Assembly (NCBI RefSeq): GCF_009914755.1
Contig: NC_060928.1
Origin: the human T2T-CHM13v2.0 reference genome, Homo sapiens
Reading direction: 5' to 3' (one strand)
Length of the DNA: 64,000 nucleotides
In this document: positions 46,940 through 61,116 of the stretch, in pieces
How positions within the stretch are numbered: the first letter of the stretch is position 1
Layout: each line of letters opens with the position of its first letter
The notes under the pieces: model-generated
Told to the model about the DNA's origin: nothing
The model's input: only the letters and a program-made list of their open reading frames with translations
Database searches by the model: none
Position numbers and translations under genes: made by a program

Positions 46940-47680
46940 TAATCAAAATATATCCCCATTCTGACATATTCTACCCACCTCTACTGTTACAAACCTACTC
47001 TATGCTATCACAATGGCCTCCTAACTGATACTTGCTTTTATCTTTTTCTTTTCCAAACCAAACCCAGAAGCCAGAGGCTGTGATCCTATTTAGATGTAAG
47101 TTAGATGACACCACCTCTGCACCAAACTCTCCGATGGCTTCCCCTGTCACTCTAAATAAGTGCCACAGTCTTTACTATGATCTAATGCTCTCCCTTCACT
47201 TTCTTAGCTACAGCTGTCCTTATGTCCTTGCTTTTCCTCAAACAAGCAGGAACATTCTTGCCTCAAGGCCTCACATTTGCTGCTCCTTGTGCTTGGAGCC
47301 ATCTCCCTTCAGATACCCATTTGGCTGTGCCCTCATCTCCAGGTCTTGTTCACATATTATCTTCTCAGACTGTGTAAAATGGAATCCTCCCCTCACCCCT
47401 CTCCAGCATTCCACATTCCATTTCCCTGGCTTATTTCTCTCCATTGCATTTATCTTCTAACATGCTATCTAAATGAATGAGTTAATCTTTGTATACTCTT
47501 AGAATAAGGCTTGGCACATGGTGATACAGCAGTTTATTCAATAACAGTATGTAATAATATACATATTTGGCTTATTGTCTGACTCTATGGGGACAAGGAT
47601 TTTGGCTTTTAGTTTACTGCTGTATTTCCAGCATCTAGAACAATGAATAGCACGTGACACAAGCTCAAAAAATGTTGAAT
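46940..47680 (+). mobile_element. L2 3' fragment
   Basis: caatggcctcctaactg, ttcttgcctcaaggcc, ggggacaaggattttgg...ccagcatctagaacaatg. Confidence 0.7.
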
Positions 47681-48388
47681 AGAAATATCTAAAAATATAC
47701 AAGAAAAGATTATACAAAAGGATGCCATTTGTTAAAAATAATTTTATATGGTTTGAAAAAAGAAGTTATCCCACAAAACCAAGTCCTCAAAGATCACTCT
47801 CCAAAAAAGAAATGTAATTAAAATTCAAATTTCATAACTCTTTGCAGTATGATAAAAGGTACATTTACCTAAATGGCAGTATTTTGAGCTCCCCTGAAGA
47901 TCAGCACTCTTAGCTCACAACTCTGTTGTGGCTCTCCAAATAGTCATTTAATACAGAGCCACATGTTCAAATAAAAGAGAAAATGTACTTGTCATTGTTC
48001 AGTTGTTACAAACTAAAGAAAGGATGAAATTTCTGGACATTAGCAAGATGGCATAGTTGGGAAGTAAAAGGTTTGGAATTAACAGATCTCTAGTCCCTGT
48101 CCAGCCTCTTAATTCCTGGATCATTTGGGAGAATCTCTCGCATCATCTCTCTGTAGTCTGAACCTCAGTTCCTTTATTTGTGTGTAACTGTTTATGTCTC
48201 AAATGCCTAAAAAGGCTTGAAGACATACTCCATTACTAAAATAACCCAATTTTATACAAATTAATCAAAAAACGTTCAGAAGATAGTCAAGCACAGGAAT
48301 GTCCCCTCCTCTCCGACTTTTTTCTCCTGTCCACACATCTTCACACACCTCCAGGGATCCTGCTTATCCAGCTATGCCCAATGTGGTT

Positions 48389-49004
48389 TAGCCAAACCTC
48401 TCATTTTACATATGGCAGCATGGGTTATCTGGCCTTTTCACTGACATAGTTTCTTTCTATTCCACCCCTGTTGTGTCTAAGTTATGCTCTAAGAGATAAT
48501 CAGTATTAACAAGAGAGAGGCTAGTTTGTCTTATAGGTTCCCACAATAAAGAATGTCAGGTTCTAGGCATAGCTAGATAATCAGGATCTCTGGAAGGATG
48601 TGATAACAGATTGATAACTGTCTGAAACTAGTCTGCTTGCTGGTGGAGAGGTTTATGTGCACAGACTGTAAGACGACTTACAGTAATACCTTGATAAATA
48701 CCAGTTTTGAAGACTTTCAGGTCATTTAACTAACCACACTGCTGAGAACCTGAGTCTTTCTTCAGTGCATTTCATACCCTAGTTTTAAGAAATTTGAGCA
48801 TTTTAAAGGAAATTAGAAATTTGAGTCTAGCCAAATCTCTTAATCTGCATATAGCAGGGCAGGTTCTCTAGCCCTTTCACTGACAGAGTTCCTTTCCATT
48901 CCACCCATTATTTAGAAGTTATGCTCTAAGAGATTATCAATAGTAACAGAGAGAGGCCAGTTTGTCTTATAGGTACTGGGTTCCCACATGAAAGATATGA
49001 GGTT
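48389..49004. repeat. Diverged direct repeat of ~175 bp (48389-48562 and 48828-49004)
   Basis: Shared blocks tttcactgaca, attccaccc, aagttatgctctaagagat, agtttgtcttatagg and ttcccaca. Confidence 0.9.
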
Positions 49005-49241
49005 GTGGGCAATGCATTTTCCCTTCAGTGAGCCAACAGGCAGTTTCAAATAGCTATCAGTTTATTATCTAGGAATTACAGTACTCTTTTTGGTCAGGTA
49101 AAATGTAGAATACTGTACCCTTCTTCCCCAACACCCAAATAAAGGCAAAACCATCTACCTATAAAATGCTTCTGCAAATCATTTAGATATTATCATATTT
49201 TAAGAGCTATTAAAGAATGCTTCTTAAATAAGAAGACTACC

Positions 49242-50400
<1,159 letters not shown>

Positions 50401-50739
50401 GCTTTCCAAACACTGTAGGAGACCCTTAACCTCATTAAATGGAAGCCCTTGACAACAGTCCTTTATTCCAGATGAGCACAACTCAGGAATTATCCATCTC
50501 AAGCTTATGATAGAAATAGTACCCCATGTCAGAAAAAAAGTACAAAGGCAGGATTTTACCTCATAGTATTCCACATGAAAGCACAAATTAGTCTCAATCA
50601 CACATCGGCATCATAGGAAAATCTCAGAATTTCAGTATTGGAAAGAATGTTAAAGATCATTTGGTCCAACACCTTCATTTTACAGATGAAGGCAGTATAC
50701 AGATTATTTCTTATACAAGACTGTGGATTCTGCCTTGGG

Positions 50740-51037
50740 CTCTCTCTCCCTCAGATCTTTCATGAAGGGGGGAAGTCAGCTTGGCATGTCATGAGTAGCC
50801 CTGTGGAGAAGCCCAGGTGACAAGGAACTGAAGCCTCCCACCGCCTGCCAGTGAGGAACTGAGGCCTGCCTGCTGGCCATGTGGGTGAACTTGACAGCAA
50901 ATTCTCCAGGCCCAGTTGGTTATGATAGTGGTCCCAGCTGATAGTTTGGTAAGAACCTCATGAGAGACCCTGAGCCAGACCACCTTGTTAAGCCACTCTT
51001 AGATTCCTGACTTCAGGAACTGTGTGAAGTAAATGTT
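50740..51037 (+). mobile_element. MLT1E/F-like MaLR LTR, partial
   Basis: gccctgtggagaagccca, gaggaactgaggcc, aaatgtttgttgttt...gctaaactttggagtcatttgtta. Confidence 0.75.
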
Positions 51038-52867
51038 TGTTGTTTGAAAGTGCTAAACTTTGGAGTCATTTGTTAAGCAGTAAGAGGTAACTAATGAACA
51101 GTACACAAAATTAATAAATTCTTAACAAACTTACACTATGCTTCCCTTGATATCTAAATAGTAGTTATTTTCTAAACAATAAAATGTATCTTCCTTTAAA
51201 GATACTACCAATTGTGCTCTTCTTCTTTGAAAAGAGGTGATTAAATGGCTTATAGAATAGGTGATAGGATATTTAGTCATTTAGAGGTCACTGACTCTAA
51301 TTTAACCTGAGTTCTTGGCAACCACACATAGATAATACTGAAATTTGTTTGCAAATAATTCCCTATGGCTACATATTCCCATTTTAATGTAGCTGTTTTT
51401 TTTAAATCTCCGTACATACAAAAATATGAACTTAAATTAAAATTACCCTTTCTTCTTAGTTCTAAGCAGCCTTAGTAGGATGCTGAGTAAGGGGGAAACA
51501 ACAGCCTATCAATTGATGATGATGACCATATGTAAAATAATCACTTTTCTAATTTAATAAAACCTCCAAAGTTTTGTCCTTGGAAGAAAAACCTCCCAGT
51601 GAGGAGGAATAGCAATTGAAGTAAACCTGGCCCCTCTTCTAAGTTTTGTCTGCCTTTTATATTTTCAATCCCATTATTCATTCAGCATTCCATCAAGAAA
51701 TACTCACTGAGCCCTTTCCACATACCAGACACGGATAACAATAACGAACTAGATAGACAAGGCTCCACCTTCATACACATTTTTATCTGGGTATAGGAAA
51801 AAGAAATTAAGCAATTACAATATAGTGGTAATCATTAGGGAAGAAAAGTAGAGGGTGCAGTGGAAGTACCTAGCAGGATACCTACCCTAGTACATTGGTG
51901 GGAAGAGATATAGGGGTGTGGAGTGGGACATGTGAGAGAGTCTAGAAAAAGCTTTTTTGTAACTGACATCTAAGCGTAATGTTAAGATGTCAGAAGGTAT
52001 TTCAGGCAAAAAGAACTCCCCGTACAAAGGCCTGAAGGTAAGTGAGTTACATTTAGAAACTTAGAAGTTCAGCTTGGCTGCAGCATAGCATTGGGGTAGT
52101 GTAGCCCCAAAATGGATACAATTCCCTCTGCTGGGCTTCCCTGTAACAGAGTTGACATGGTGGAGAAATTAAAAAATAACAAAGCTTTAGGCTCTGACCT
52201 CTTGCACATTATGCTGCCTGAAAACATTTATGTTCCAGATGCAGAAGGCTAATCAGTCTGGCAAGAATTCTGAGGTTGGAAAAACCTGCTTTGAATCCCA
52301 GCTTGAGACCAGTAATACCCACAACAGGTTGTGTAGAGGTTAGGTGAAATAATAAATGTGAAGCATCTTACACACACTAGGTGCTCAAATAATTCTCTCC
52401 CTTCAGTTACCTTGCTTCTGAGCCCCCAGCTGGACTCTGAGCTGAGGACACCATGTCACCATCCACCACACATGACCCCATGACTTGGCAGAGGACGATG
52501 CTTTTCTTGGCCATCTCTATGTCCATCTCATTCAGTTCTAGTCTCTACCCTCTTCTTTAGAGGAACTGCAGCATTCATAAAACAAGAATTATAGCCACAC
52601 GCACCTGAGACTTGTTCCATTACACTAATTGTACTTTATATTTGTATATGTACTTGATCTCAATTATTCCTTTTGAGAACATCATAAGGTTGAGTATTGT
52701 AATCACTATTTGGCAGATAAAAGCCCTAGGTTCAGAGAGGTACGTGATTTATCTTGACTGAAGCTTTGAATGTAGCTCCTCATTTTCTAAACGAGTTCTG
52801 TCAACCCTACAAAGGCTGCCTCCCAGCAAATACTGCAATGGGCATATGTTTTAAGGTATATTTGCAC

Positions 52868-53146
52868 TTTTTTTAAACTTTTAAGTTCAGGGGTACATGT
52901 GCAGGTTTGGTACATAGGTAAACTTGTGTTATGGGGGTTTGTACAGATTATTTCATCACCCAGGTATTAAGCCTAGTACCCACATTAGTTATTTTTCCTG
53001 ATCCTCTCCCTCCTCCCACCCTCCACCCTCCAATAGGCCCCAGTGTGTGTTGTTCCCCTCTATGTGTCCATGTGTTCTCATCATTTAGCTCCCACTTATA
53101 AGTGAGAACATGCAATATTTCGTTTTCTGTTCCTGTGTTAGTTTAC
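52868..53146 (-). mobile_element. L1PA 3' end (5'-truncated), similar to the 3'UTR of the 449-6796 element
   Basis: aagttcaggggtacatgtgcaggttt, cccaggtattaagcctagtacc, gctcccacttataagtgagaacatgc. Confidence 0.92.
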
Positions 53147-53609
53147 TTGCAGTTTCTTTTAAAAGTTATTAAGACTCAGAGAAACATAAACTTTTACAAC
53201 TATATACCTATTCATCAAAATACAACTGTATAACTATATACTCTTTCACACATATTTTAAGTTCTCTGTGTAAAACTAAAGTTGGGGGGTGGTAGTGGTG
53301 GCAGGATGTTCTCAGAATACTAGGGCCTTCAAAGGACCATCCTCAATACTTTGATGATAGGTATCACTTTCCATTTGCATACTTGCCCAGCTATGCTCAT
53401 AACAGTAAAAATAAAGCTTCCTACCTTCTTAAGAATAAAAAACTGTCTCCCCTGTGAAAATAACACAAGTGAAAGACTTAATTATTCAGGTGGACTTCAG
53501 CTGCTGATTTCAAATGGAATTATTCTCTTATGATCACAGGATGCCTTGTAAGTTACCTGTTTCAAGCCCAGTCTCTGCCTAGGGAACTGTCTCCTATGAA
53601 AAGGAGTCC

Positions 53610-53925
53610 GGGTGGACCATGGTGGCTCATGCCTGTAATACCAGCATCTTGGGAGGCCAAAAAGGGAGGATCGCTGGAGGCCAGGAGTTTGAGACCAGCC
53701 TTGACAACAGGACCAGATAATAGACCCCGTCTCTACAAAAAATAAAAAAAAAATTAGCTGGGCATGATGACTCACACATGTGGTCCTAGCTACTCGGGAG
53801 GTTGAGGTGGGAAGATCACTTGAGCCCAGGAGTTCCAGGCTGCAGTGAGCTATGGATGTGCCACTGCACTCCAGCCTGGGTGACAGAGCAAGACCTCAAC
53901 TCAAAAAAAAAATAAATAAAAAAGA
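53610..53925 (+). mobile_element. AluJ
   Basis: TSD gaaaaggagtcc; cttgagcccaggagttccaggctgcagtgagctat. Confidence 0.9.
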
Positions 53926-54045
53926 AAAGGAGTCCACCTCACTTCTGAACAGTTCAAGTTGAGTCCATAAATGAGCCTATTTCTGTCTTCCAAAGATATC
54001 CATATAAGACTTTTCCCAACCACCCCCCGCAACCTTGCTTCCTTT

Positions 54046-54215
54046 CAGTGTTTCTCCAAAGGTGGTGCCCAGATTACCTGGATCAAAATCACCAGGGTAC
54101 TGATTAACAGGAGATTCCTGGGTCCCAACGCTGACCTGAATCATCACCAAGAAATGGTGCATTCGCTTTTCATATCACATTACCCAGCAGATTCATACTT
54201 CGTGAATTACACACT
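54046..54215. mobile_element. MER5-type hAT MITE
   Basis: cagtgtttctccaaagg...aatcacc...agattcctgggtccca. Confidence 0.6.
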
Positions 54216-54722
54216 CTAGATCTCTGTCACACAAAAAAAATGGTCTTAGGCAAAATCTCTCATCTTCTACTTAAAACAACTGGTTTTAACCTAAGGGGCT
54301 GATATAAATGCTAAGTCAAGCAGTGATTTGTGTTTAACACTTGACAGTCCCTCTTCCAGGTACTCTATATAGTGGACTTTTATACAATATGATGTACAGT
54401 CCTTCAGCCAACCAATAATACACCTAACTACAATCCATTCTACATTTCCGGAACCATGCTGTTCATGAGGATATCACTTCAGATATTTTGTGGAAATTTT
54501 GAAATTATGGCATCTACAGAACTCCCTGATATACTAGCTATTGTAAGCCAAGCCAAAAAGCACATGAAGGTAGTTTGGTATAATTCTTTATCTATCTTGA
54601 TAATTGAAATTGTTTCACTGTAAAACTTTACATAACTGAGCTTTGTTTTAAAGCAAAAAACTTGCAGATGTGAGACAGTACGAGAAAAAAGAATCAGCTG
54701 TTACCATCTTAAAACTTAGGAT

Positions 54723-55090
<368 letters not shown>

Positions 55091-55599
55091 TTAAAACGTT
55101 TTGTTCGACTTAAATTTAAATTAGCAGTTTAGGATATAGTACACTGATAATGTAATTACATACATTCTGCTATAAAGGCATAGACATCTTTATTGGGAGA
55201 TATGGGCAGAAAAATTATTTCCTCAGGGTGGGGCATTTGGCTAAACACTTGCCAATATCCTTTACTGTGTAATTTAGGTAACACAGGCAGAAAAGGCGTT
55301 TGAAAAGCAGAAATCAAGTGGCAAATATCAGATCTGAGGGACGCAATGAGGGTGGAGTTGAAATCCGTGGTCCTTGGATTTGAAACTTACCAGCCCGTGA
55401 ACAAGGTTGGTATTGCTTTTGGCATAAGACGACAGCCTTTCTTTTCATTAGCTCAGGAGGAATACTGGCTTTCCAAGTGAGCTCCTCCAATCCAGTGATA
55501 TTTGCACATCTCACCTGGGCCTTTCGGTTACAAATTCACCACCTTAAGGAGCCGTGTGAAAAAGCAAGAACAATCAATAAGAAGGAAAAAAAAAAACCC

Positions 55600-57710
55600 T
55601 TCAGCTATAAATCAGCCACGTGGAGCTGCTGCAGCAGCAGCGGTAGTCCCACTTCCTGGTTGGCTTCCTGAAAGCCTCTCGACAAGGGGCTCAGGGAAGT
55701 GGGTCTAAGGGAGAGGTGCAGACGAGAGCGACTCCAGGTCCAACGGAGGGGGCGGCGGGCCACGGGATCCCGGAGGGCACAGGCGTTAAGGACGGAGTTA
55801 TTGTCCATAATTACAATAAAAGTTTGGGGATCTGAAAGCTTTAAGGAGCTGAGCTGCAGGGCAAAGGCTAAGAACCGGACTCGGGAAAAGTGCAAGTTAG
55901 TTACAAGGTAGCAGGGACTGTGAAGGGGGCTCGCGTGGAGAGCAGGGGACTGCGGATCTGGAAGGGGGCAGGTAGAGAGGAAGGCAGCCTGGCAGAGCGA
56001 GGCACACGGGTCAGTCGGAGCTCTGCGGTGGCCGCCAGAGGGGAGGGGGCCACGGGGAGGAGCGGAGGGAAGAGCCCGGGGAAAGGTGTAGCCGAGGGGA
56101 GTTCCGGATCTGGAGCTGGAAAGGGCAGGCAGCGGAGAGGGCGGCAGCCGTAGCGGTAGGGGTGGGGGAAAGAGGGGGAGGAGAGCCGGAGGAGGGGGAA
56201 GGAGGGAGGGGAGAGCGGTGGCGGCGGCTGCGCCGGGCTGTGAGTCTCTCGCCGCCGGAGGAAGATGAGGCTGAAGATTGGGTTCATCTTACGCAGTTTG
56301 CTGGTGGTGGGAAGCTTCCTGGGGCTAGTGGTCCTCTGGTCTTCCCTGACCCCGCGGCCGGACGACCCAAGCCCGCTGAGCAGGATGAGGGTGAGTGACC
56401 CGCCCGGCCCCCTCCGGCGGCAGCGACCGGCAACTTGTTTTGTTTGCCCGCGTGTGGAGGGAGCAGGGGCGGCGGGGTCGCGGCACGGCGTGGGCACCGC
56501 AGCTCCGCAGGTGGTGCTGGCGCAGCGCGGGCCGAGGGGGTGCCGAGCCCCGCGCACTCCGACCTCCCTGGCCGCCGCCGGCCCGCCCCCTCGCCGCCCC
56601 TTCCTCCGCTCTTCCCCGCCCCGGGCTCCGTCGCCGACACCCGCGCTGCCGCGGCAGCGGCTCGGGCGGCCGCTCTCCGCGCCGGGACTGCGGGCGGAGC
56701 GGGCGGAGAGCCGGGTCCGGGGGGCTGCGGCCGCCCGGCGTCCCGCTCTGGGGGGCCGGGACCGCAGCGCTCACGGCCCGGGGACGCGGGGTTGGTCCAG
56801 GCTGCGGCCTGTGGCGCGTGCAGGCCTGAAGGAGGCGAGATGCCGATGCCGCCACCGCTGGTCCGGTGGACCAGGCCCCTTGGTCCAGCCTCCCCTCCCG
56901 CAGCCGCCCGTCTGGGGGTGTTCGCAGCCCCGGGCTCCCCCGGCCCGCCCGCCGGGGAGTGGGAGGGCGATGGCGCCCCGCCTCCGGCTCTTACGGAGAG
57001 CGCGCCTCCCCCTCAACTCCGGCGGCGGGGAGCCGGGGTGCGATGCGCGGCCGAGGCCTCGCCCGGACCGCCGGTCCCCCTCGCGTCCCTGGGCGAGGGA
57101 GGGGCGGTTGGCCGGAGATGGCGGAGGGGCGTCCCCGCCCCGCCTGCCCGCCGCCCCCAGCCCTCAGCGCCTGGGGAAGCCCCTGCTGTGGCAGTGCTCG
57201 GGCGCTATCCGGGGGAAGAGGAGCAGTTCCTCTTCCTTGGCTGCGGCAGGGCTGCTTGGGCCGGAAAACTAACTTGTGTCGGCGCCCGGCCGCCCCGCGC
57301 CGGCTGCCGGCTAGCTCAGGCCGACGCCGAGGGGAGCGGCGGCGCGGAGCTCGCGGCGGCTCCGCTGGGACGCATTTGTCTGCCGCCCAGGGCGCGAGTG
57401 TTAGCGCTGACATTCCTTGGATTTGGAGGGTTTAGTCAGGCGCCTCGGAACATTAGTTACCCGGAGCCGCGCCGCGCGGGGAAGGGACCGCGGGCACTGC
57501 GGCTTCCCTGACCCGGCAGCGGGCGGCGCGCACCGGCCTCGCCCCCGACCCTGACCTGCTTCCCCCCGGATGAACCGTTGCACCACCTGCTTCCTCCTCC
57601 CCGCTGGGACAGCCAACTGGGCCGGCTGCCAGTGGGGGTAGGAGAGGGTATGAGGGGCTCACGACCGCCGAGGCGGCGGGGCTGCAGGAGGAGTCGAGTC
57701 GCTCTCTCTG
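55600..57710. promoter_or_regulatory. CpG island / promoter of GALNT7
   Basis: Abrupt rise in GC and CpG content against a CpG-poor background; GC boxes; spans coding exon 1; upstream E-box CACGTG (55617) and ETS motifs (55651, 55663, 55695). Confidence 0.93.
56265..56390 (+). CDS. GALNT7: Coding exon 1 of polypeptide N-acetylgalactosaminyltransferase 7 (cytoplasmic tail, type II signal anchor, start of stem)
   Basis: ATG with A at -3 inside the CpG island; 42 codons MRLKIGFILRSLLVVGSFLGLVVLWSSLTPRPDDPSPLSRMR match the remembered GALNT7 N-terminus; phase-0 donor AGG|GTGAGT at 56391. Confidence 0.95.
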
Positions 57711-59384
57711 TTGTAAAGTGCTTTTTGCAAGTGTGATGAGCATCGCTTCTATGTCATGTTTATTTAACTTTCCTTCTGGAAAGTTAGCATCAAGAAGTTG
57801 GGCAAAAAGGCTTGTGGCGTCCTTTCAAGAGTAAGAATCCTAGGAGGAGATCCCATTATCAGCTCTTCGCCTATATCATGAGATTAGATGTAATCTGGAA
57901 GTTTTAGTATTTGAAGTCTCTACAGCAGTGGAATCCCTTTGTAATATCTGGGATAGATTCCCATCTAAGTCATCTAAATTGATGGTAATAAAAAGTATCA
58001 GTTTTCCTTTTCAGTACATTTGCGGTTTTAAGCTTCTCAGCTCATGGAGTGATGGTGATCTTTTTATAATTTTGCTCTCAATATGACTTATTGACAAAGG
58101 ATAACTGAATATTGCAATTGAGGATATTTGTTTTAAGTCATCAAATGGCTTTTTACATGTAGCTAGAAATGTTTAACCCCCTATTTTCTGGTAGAGAAAC
58201 TGACGAAAAACTGACAAAACTAGCTAGGTTCAGAATGTCCCGCCCTTCTGATGATCTTTTAAAGAGGTGGCGGAACATCAGCATCACTTGCCAACTCGTG
58301 GAATATTTTATTAGTGCAAACAAAGGATGGGCCATAATGCCCATTTCAGTACTATATGGTGATGATAAAGAAGGTGATGATATCTTGATTTTTTGTTTGT
58401 TTCAGTGTACTTGATAAAGTTTCTCAGTGGATCCAGTGTAATTTCTGTCATTTGTCAAAAACAAAAGGTAGATTTTAAAGACTTAACATAATTAACATTA
58501 AGAGGAATGCTTAGGTATCAGAAGAGCAAGAAAGACCCTTTTATTGGCTTCCCAGGTAAATAGTAATACAAGCAATTTAAAGTGTAGCTTATAAATAATA
58601 AGAGCATAAATAAGGGATTATTGCCTTCCTTTAATAAAGACTAACCTAGGAGCTTTTAAGGTACAGTGCTAGAAGGACAAATCCTGTAGGGAGGATTCTG
58701 ACTCCTGAGTTTCTCCTCCCCCTTGTGGTTCTTTTACTTCGATGACTATTGCATATATTCCACCCATGGTGAGATCTCTGCTTCTCTTTAATGCTGATCT
58801 ACACATGGACTTTTTTGGATCCCTTTAAATAGCCTGAACGATCCAGTTTACCAGGTATGGGTTCTGCCTCTACTCCAGCAAGCTTGTACCTGTGGCTCCA
58901 TTCACCCTGTGCCACTTTTTGTCTTGAACTATGAATATGTCATACACTAAATTCTGTTACAGCCTTGACAACTTGGGATGGTCCTTTCTCATCTGCACTA
59001 TTTCCTTGTTTTAGGTCTGTCCACCTGTGGAGTCAAGACAAAAGAAACATGTTTCTTATTTCCTTCCCATCTCTGGGCCTCTTGCCCTTTCTCTGAAGTG
59101 AATGATGTGAAAAATGACCTTACATTTCCGATCATATTCTGTTGTGTGATTTTAAATATTGATTTATTTGAACATTTTTGAGTGCCAATTATATACCAGG
59201 CATGGTACTAGTTGTTAAGGAAATACTCCTTGTCCTTAATCTCATGGATCTTGTAAAAACCACACAGCAATCAAACCTCGATAAATATATAAATAAAAAT
59301 TGTGCTACTGCTTTCATAGTGAAAACCATAGGGGGCAAGAAAATGGAGGAATTTGGTCATAAAAGCCTTACTTGAAGAAATGAC

Positions 59385-60076
59385 TATTAGCAGTAGCAAA
59401 TCCACACAGGTCTGAAGCAACTCGATTCTTACCTCCTGTGGGAAAGAATTTATTGGAGGGGCATAAGGCAGAGTGAGAGACCGAGGCAAATTTTTGAGCA
59501 GGAGTGAGAGTATTAAAAAGCTTTAGAGCAGGAACGGAAGGAAGTACACTTTGAAGAAGGCCATGTGGGCTACTTGAGAAATCCAAGTACCTCGTCTGAC
59601 CCTGGACTTGGGGTTTTATACATTGGCATGATTCCAGGGTTTGCGTTTCTTCTCCCGTGATTCTTCCCTTGGGGTGGGCTGTCTGCATGCGCAGTGGCCT
59701 GCCAGCAGCGGGGAGGGGCTGCCTGCAGTGTGTTTACTGAAGTTTTACTCATGCTCACTTGAGGCATTTTTCCCTTACAATTTGAGCCTTCCTAGAGGAA
59801 GGGCATATACTAGTTAAAAGCTGCCATTTTGCCTATTAGTGCACATGCTGGAGCCCACTTGCCCAACTCCTGAGATCTTAGTGGGAACCTGCTGATAACC
59901 AGCTTTAGGTGTTTTCTATCTAATGGGAGACTGCCTTTCCATGGTGTTGGCGCGACCAATTATTATTTCAGAGAGACAGTTTAACAACGGCCTGACCATC
60001 ACCTGATGGCCGCCTGACATTCCTGGTGGTGGGGGGCCTTTCCTGCCCTGCTCATGTCTGCCTAGCTGCCTACTCT
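59385..60076 (-). mobile_element. ERV1 solo LTR (MER50-like) inserted in an L2
   Basis: Reverse strand begins agagtaggcagctaggcagacatgagcagggcagg...ccaggaatgtcaggcggccatcaggtgatggtcagg; L2 sequence on both sides. Confidence 0.75.
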
Positions 60077-60895
60077 GACTTTTGAGGCGAAATCTGAACA
60101 TTTCAAGAAAAGTAGTTAATCTGGAAGTGGGTGGCAGCATTCTTGAGAAGGAGCATTTGGGCAAAGGTCCTGAGGCAGGAGGTAGCATGAGTGAAATAGT
60201 GAGAAACTAGGAGATAAATATTGTTGGAACGTGGAGAATGACAAGTAGAATGATGCCACACAGGAAAGCATGGGTCTCGTAGTCCATGCTAAGGAGGAGA
60301 TCTTAAGTGCGGTGAGAAGCCGTTGAAAGATTTTAAGTAGGGAAGAGTGGATTTGTGTTTTGAAAAGATCACTCTGGCTGCCTACAGAAAGTATGTATTT
60401 GTCTATAGAACAGGTAGCAGGAGTCCTGGTGGGGGTCATCATTATTCAGGTGGGACATAATCCTTGCTTAGATTGGCAGGGCGGTGGTAGAGATAGAAAA
60501 AAATAAATTGATTCAAGAGCTCCTAAAGATGCAAAGGCATCAGGATTTGGCTATTGGATATGGTAGTGAAGGTGTCAGGAGGCCTAGGATGATAGATTAT
60601 TTGTTTCATTATGGAAAGTTCTCAAAGCAAAATGTATACCTTCTTGTATTGTATTTTATGATTATGGGAAGCTTTTTTTTTTTTAGTCTTTGCCCTCTGG
60701 ATATTTTAAGGTCAGCATTTATTAAGATTATCTGCTTGGACTTGCAAAGCACAGAAAGTTCCTTTAATTAAATAAATTATGTCCCAGACTAACACCATTT
60801 ATCCCAGGTTTTAGCCCTGAGTGACTGTCTACAGTTGACCCATAAGCCTCTGAAAATAAAGGTTTTTAAAGGAAATGTTGACAGATCCATTAAAA

Positions 60896-61116
60896 CAGCA
60901 GTCCCCCACCTTTTTAGCACCAGGGACTGGTTTTGTCAAAGACAATTATTCCACAGACTGGGGGAGTTGGGTTGGGTGGGGGATGGTTTGGGGATGAAAC
61001 TGTTCCGCCTCAGATCATTAGGTATTAGATTCTCATAAGGAGTGTGCAACCCGGATCCCTTGCATGCAGTTCACAATAGGGTTTATGCTCCATGACCCAG
61101 GGTTGGGGACCCCTGC
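60896..61116 (+). mobile_element. MER1B-like (hAT-Charlie) element, internally deleted
   Basis: TIR-like ends cagcagtccccca...tggggacccctg; perfect 8-bp TSD CATTAAAA. Confidence 0.88.

Noticed and set aside
55606-55611. TATAAA as the GALNT7 TATA box
   Set aside because: About 650 bp upstream of the ATG at the edge of a CpG-island promoter; no positional support
56265-57272. 335-aa ORF starting at the GALNT7 ATG
   Set aside because: After codon 42 it reads through a canonical donor into GC-rich intron; the low-complexity Arg/Pro/Gly/Ala tail reflects stop-codon scarcity in a CpG island
55699-57743. Many long overlapping ORFs on both strands (up to 358 aa)
   Set aside because: CpG-island artefacts with no recognisable domains
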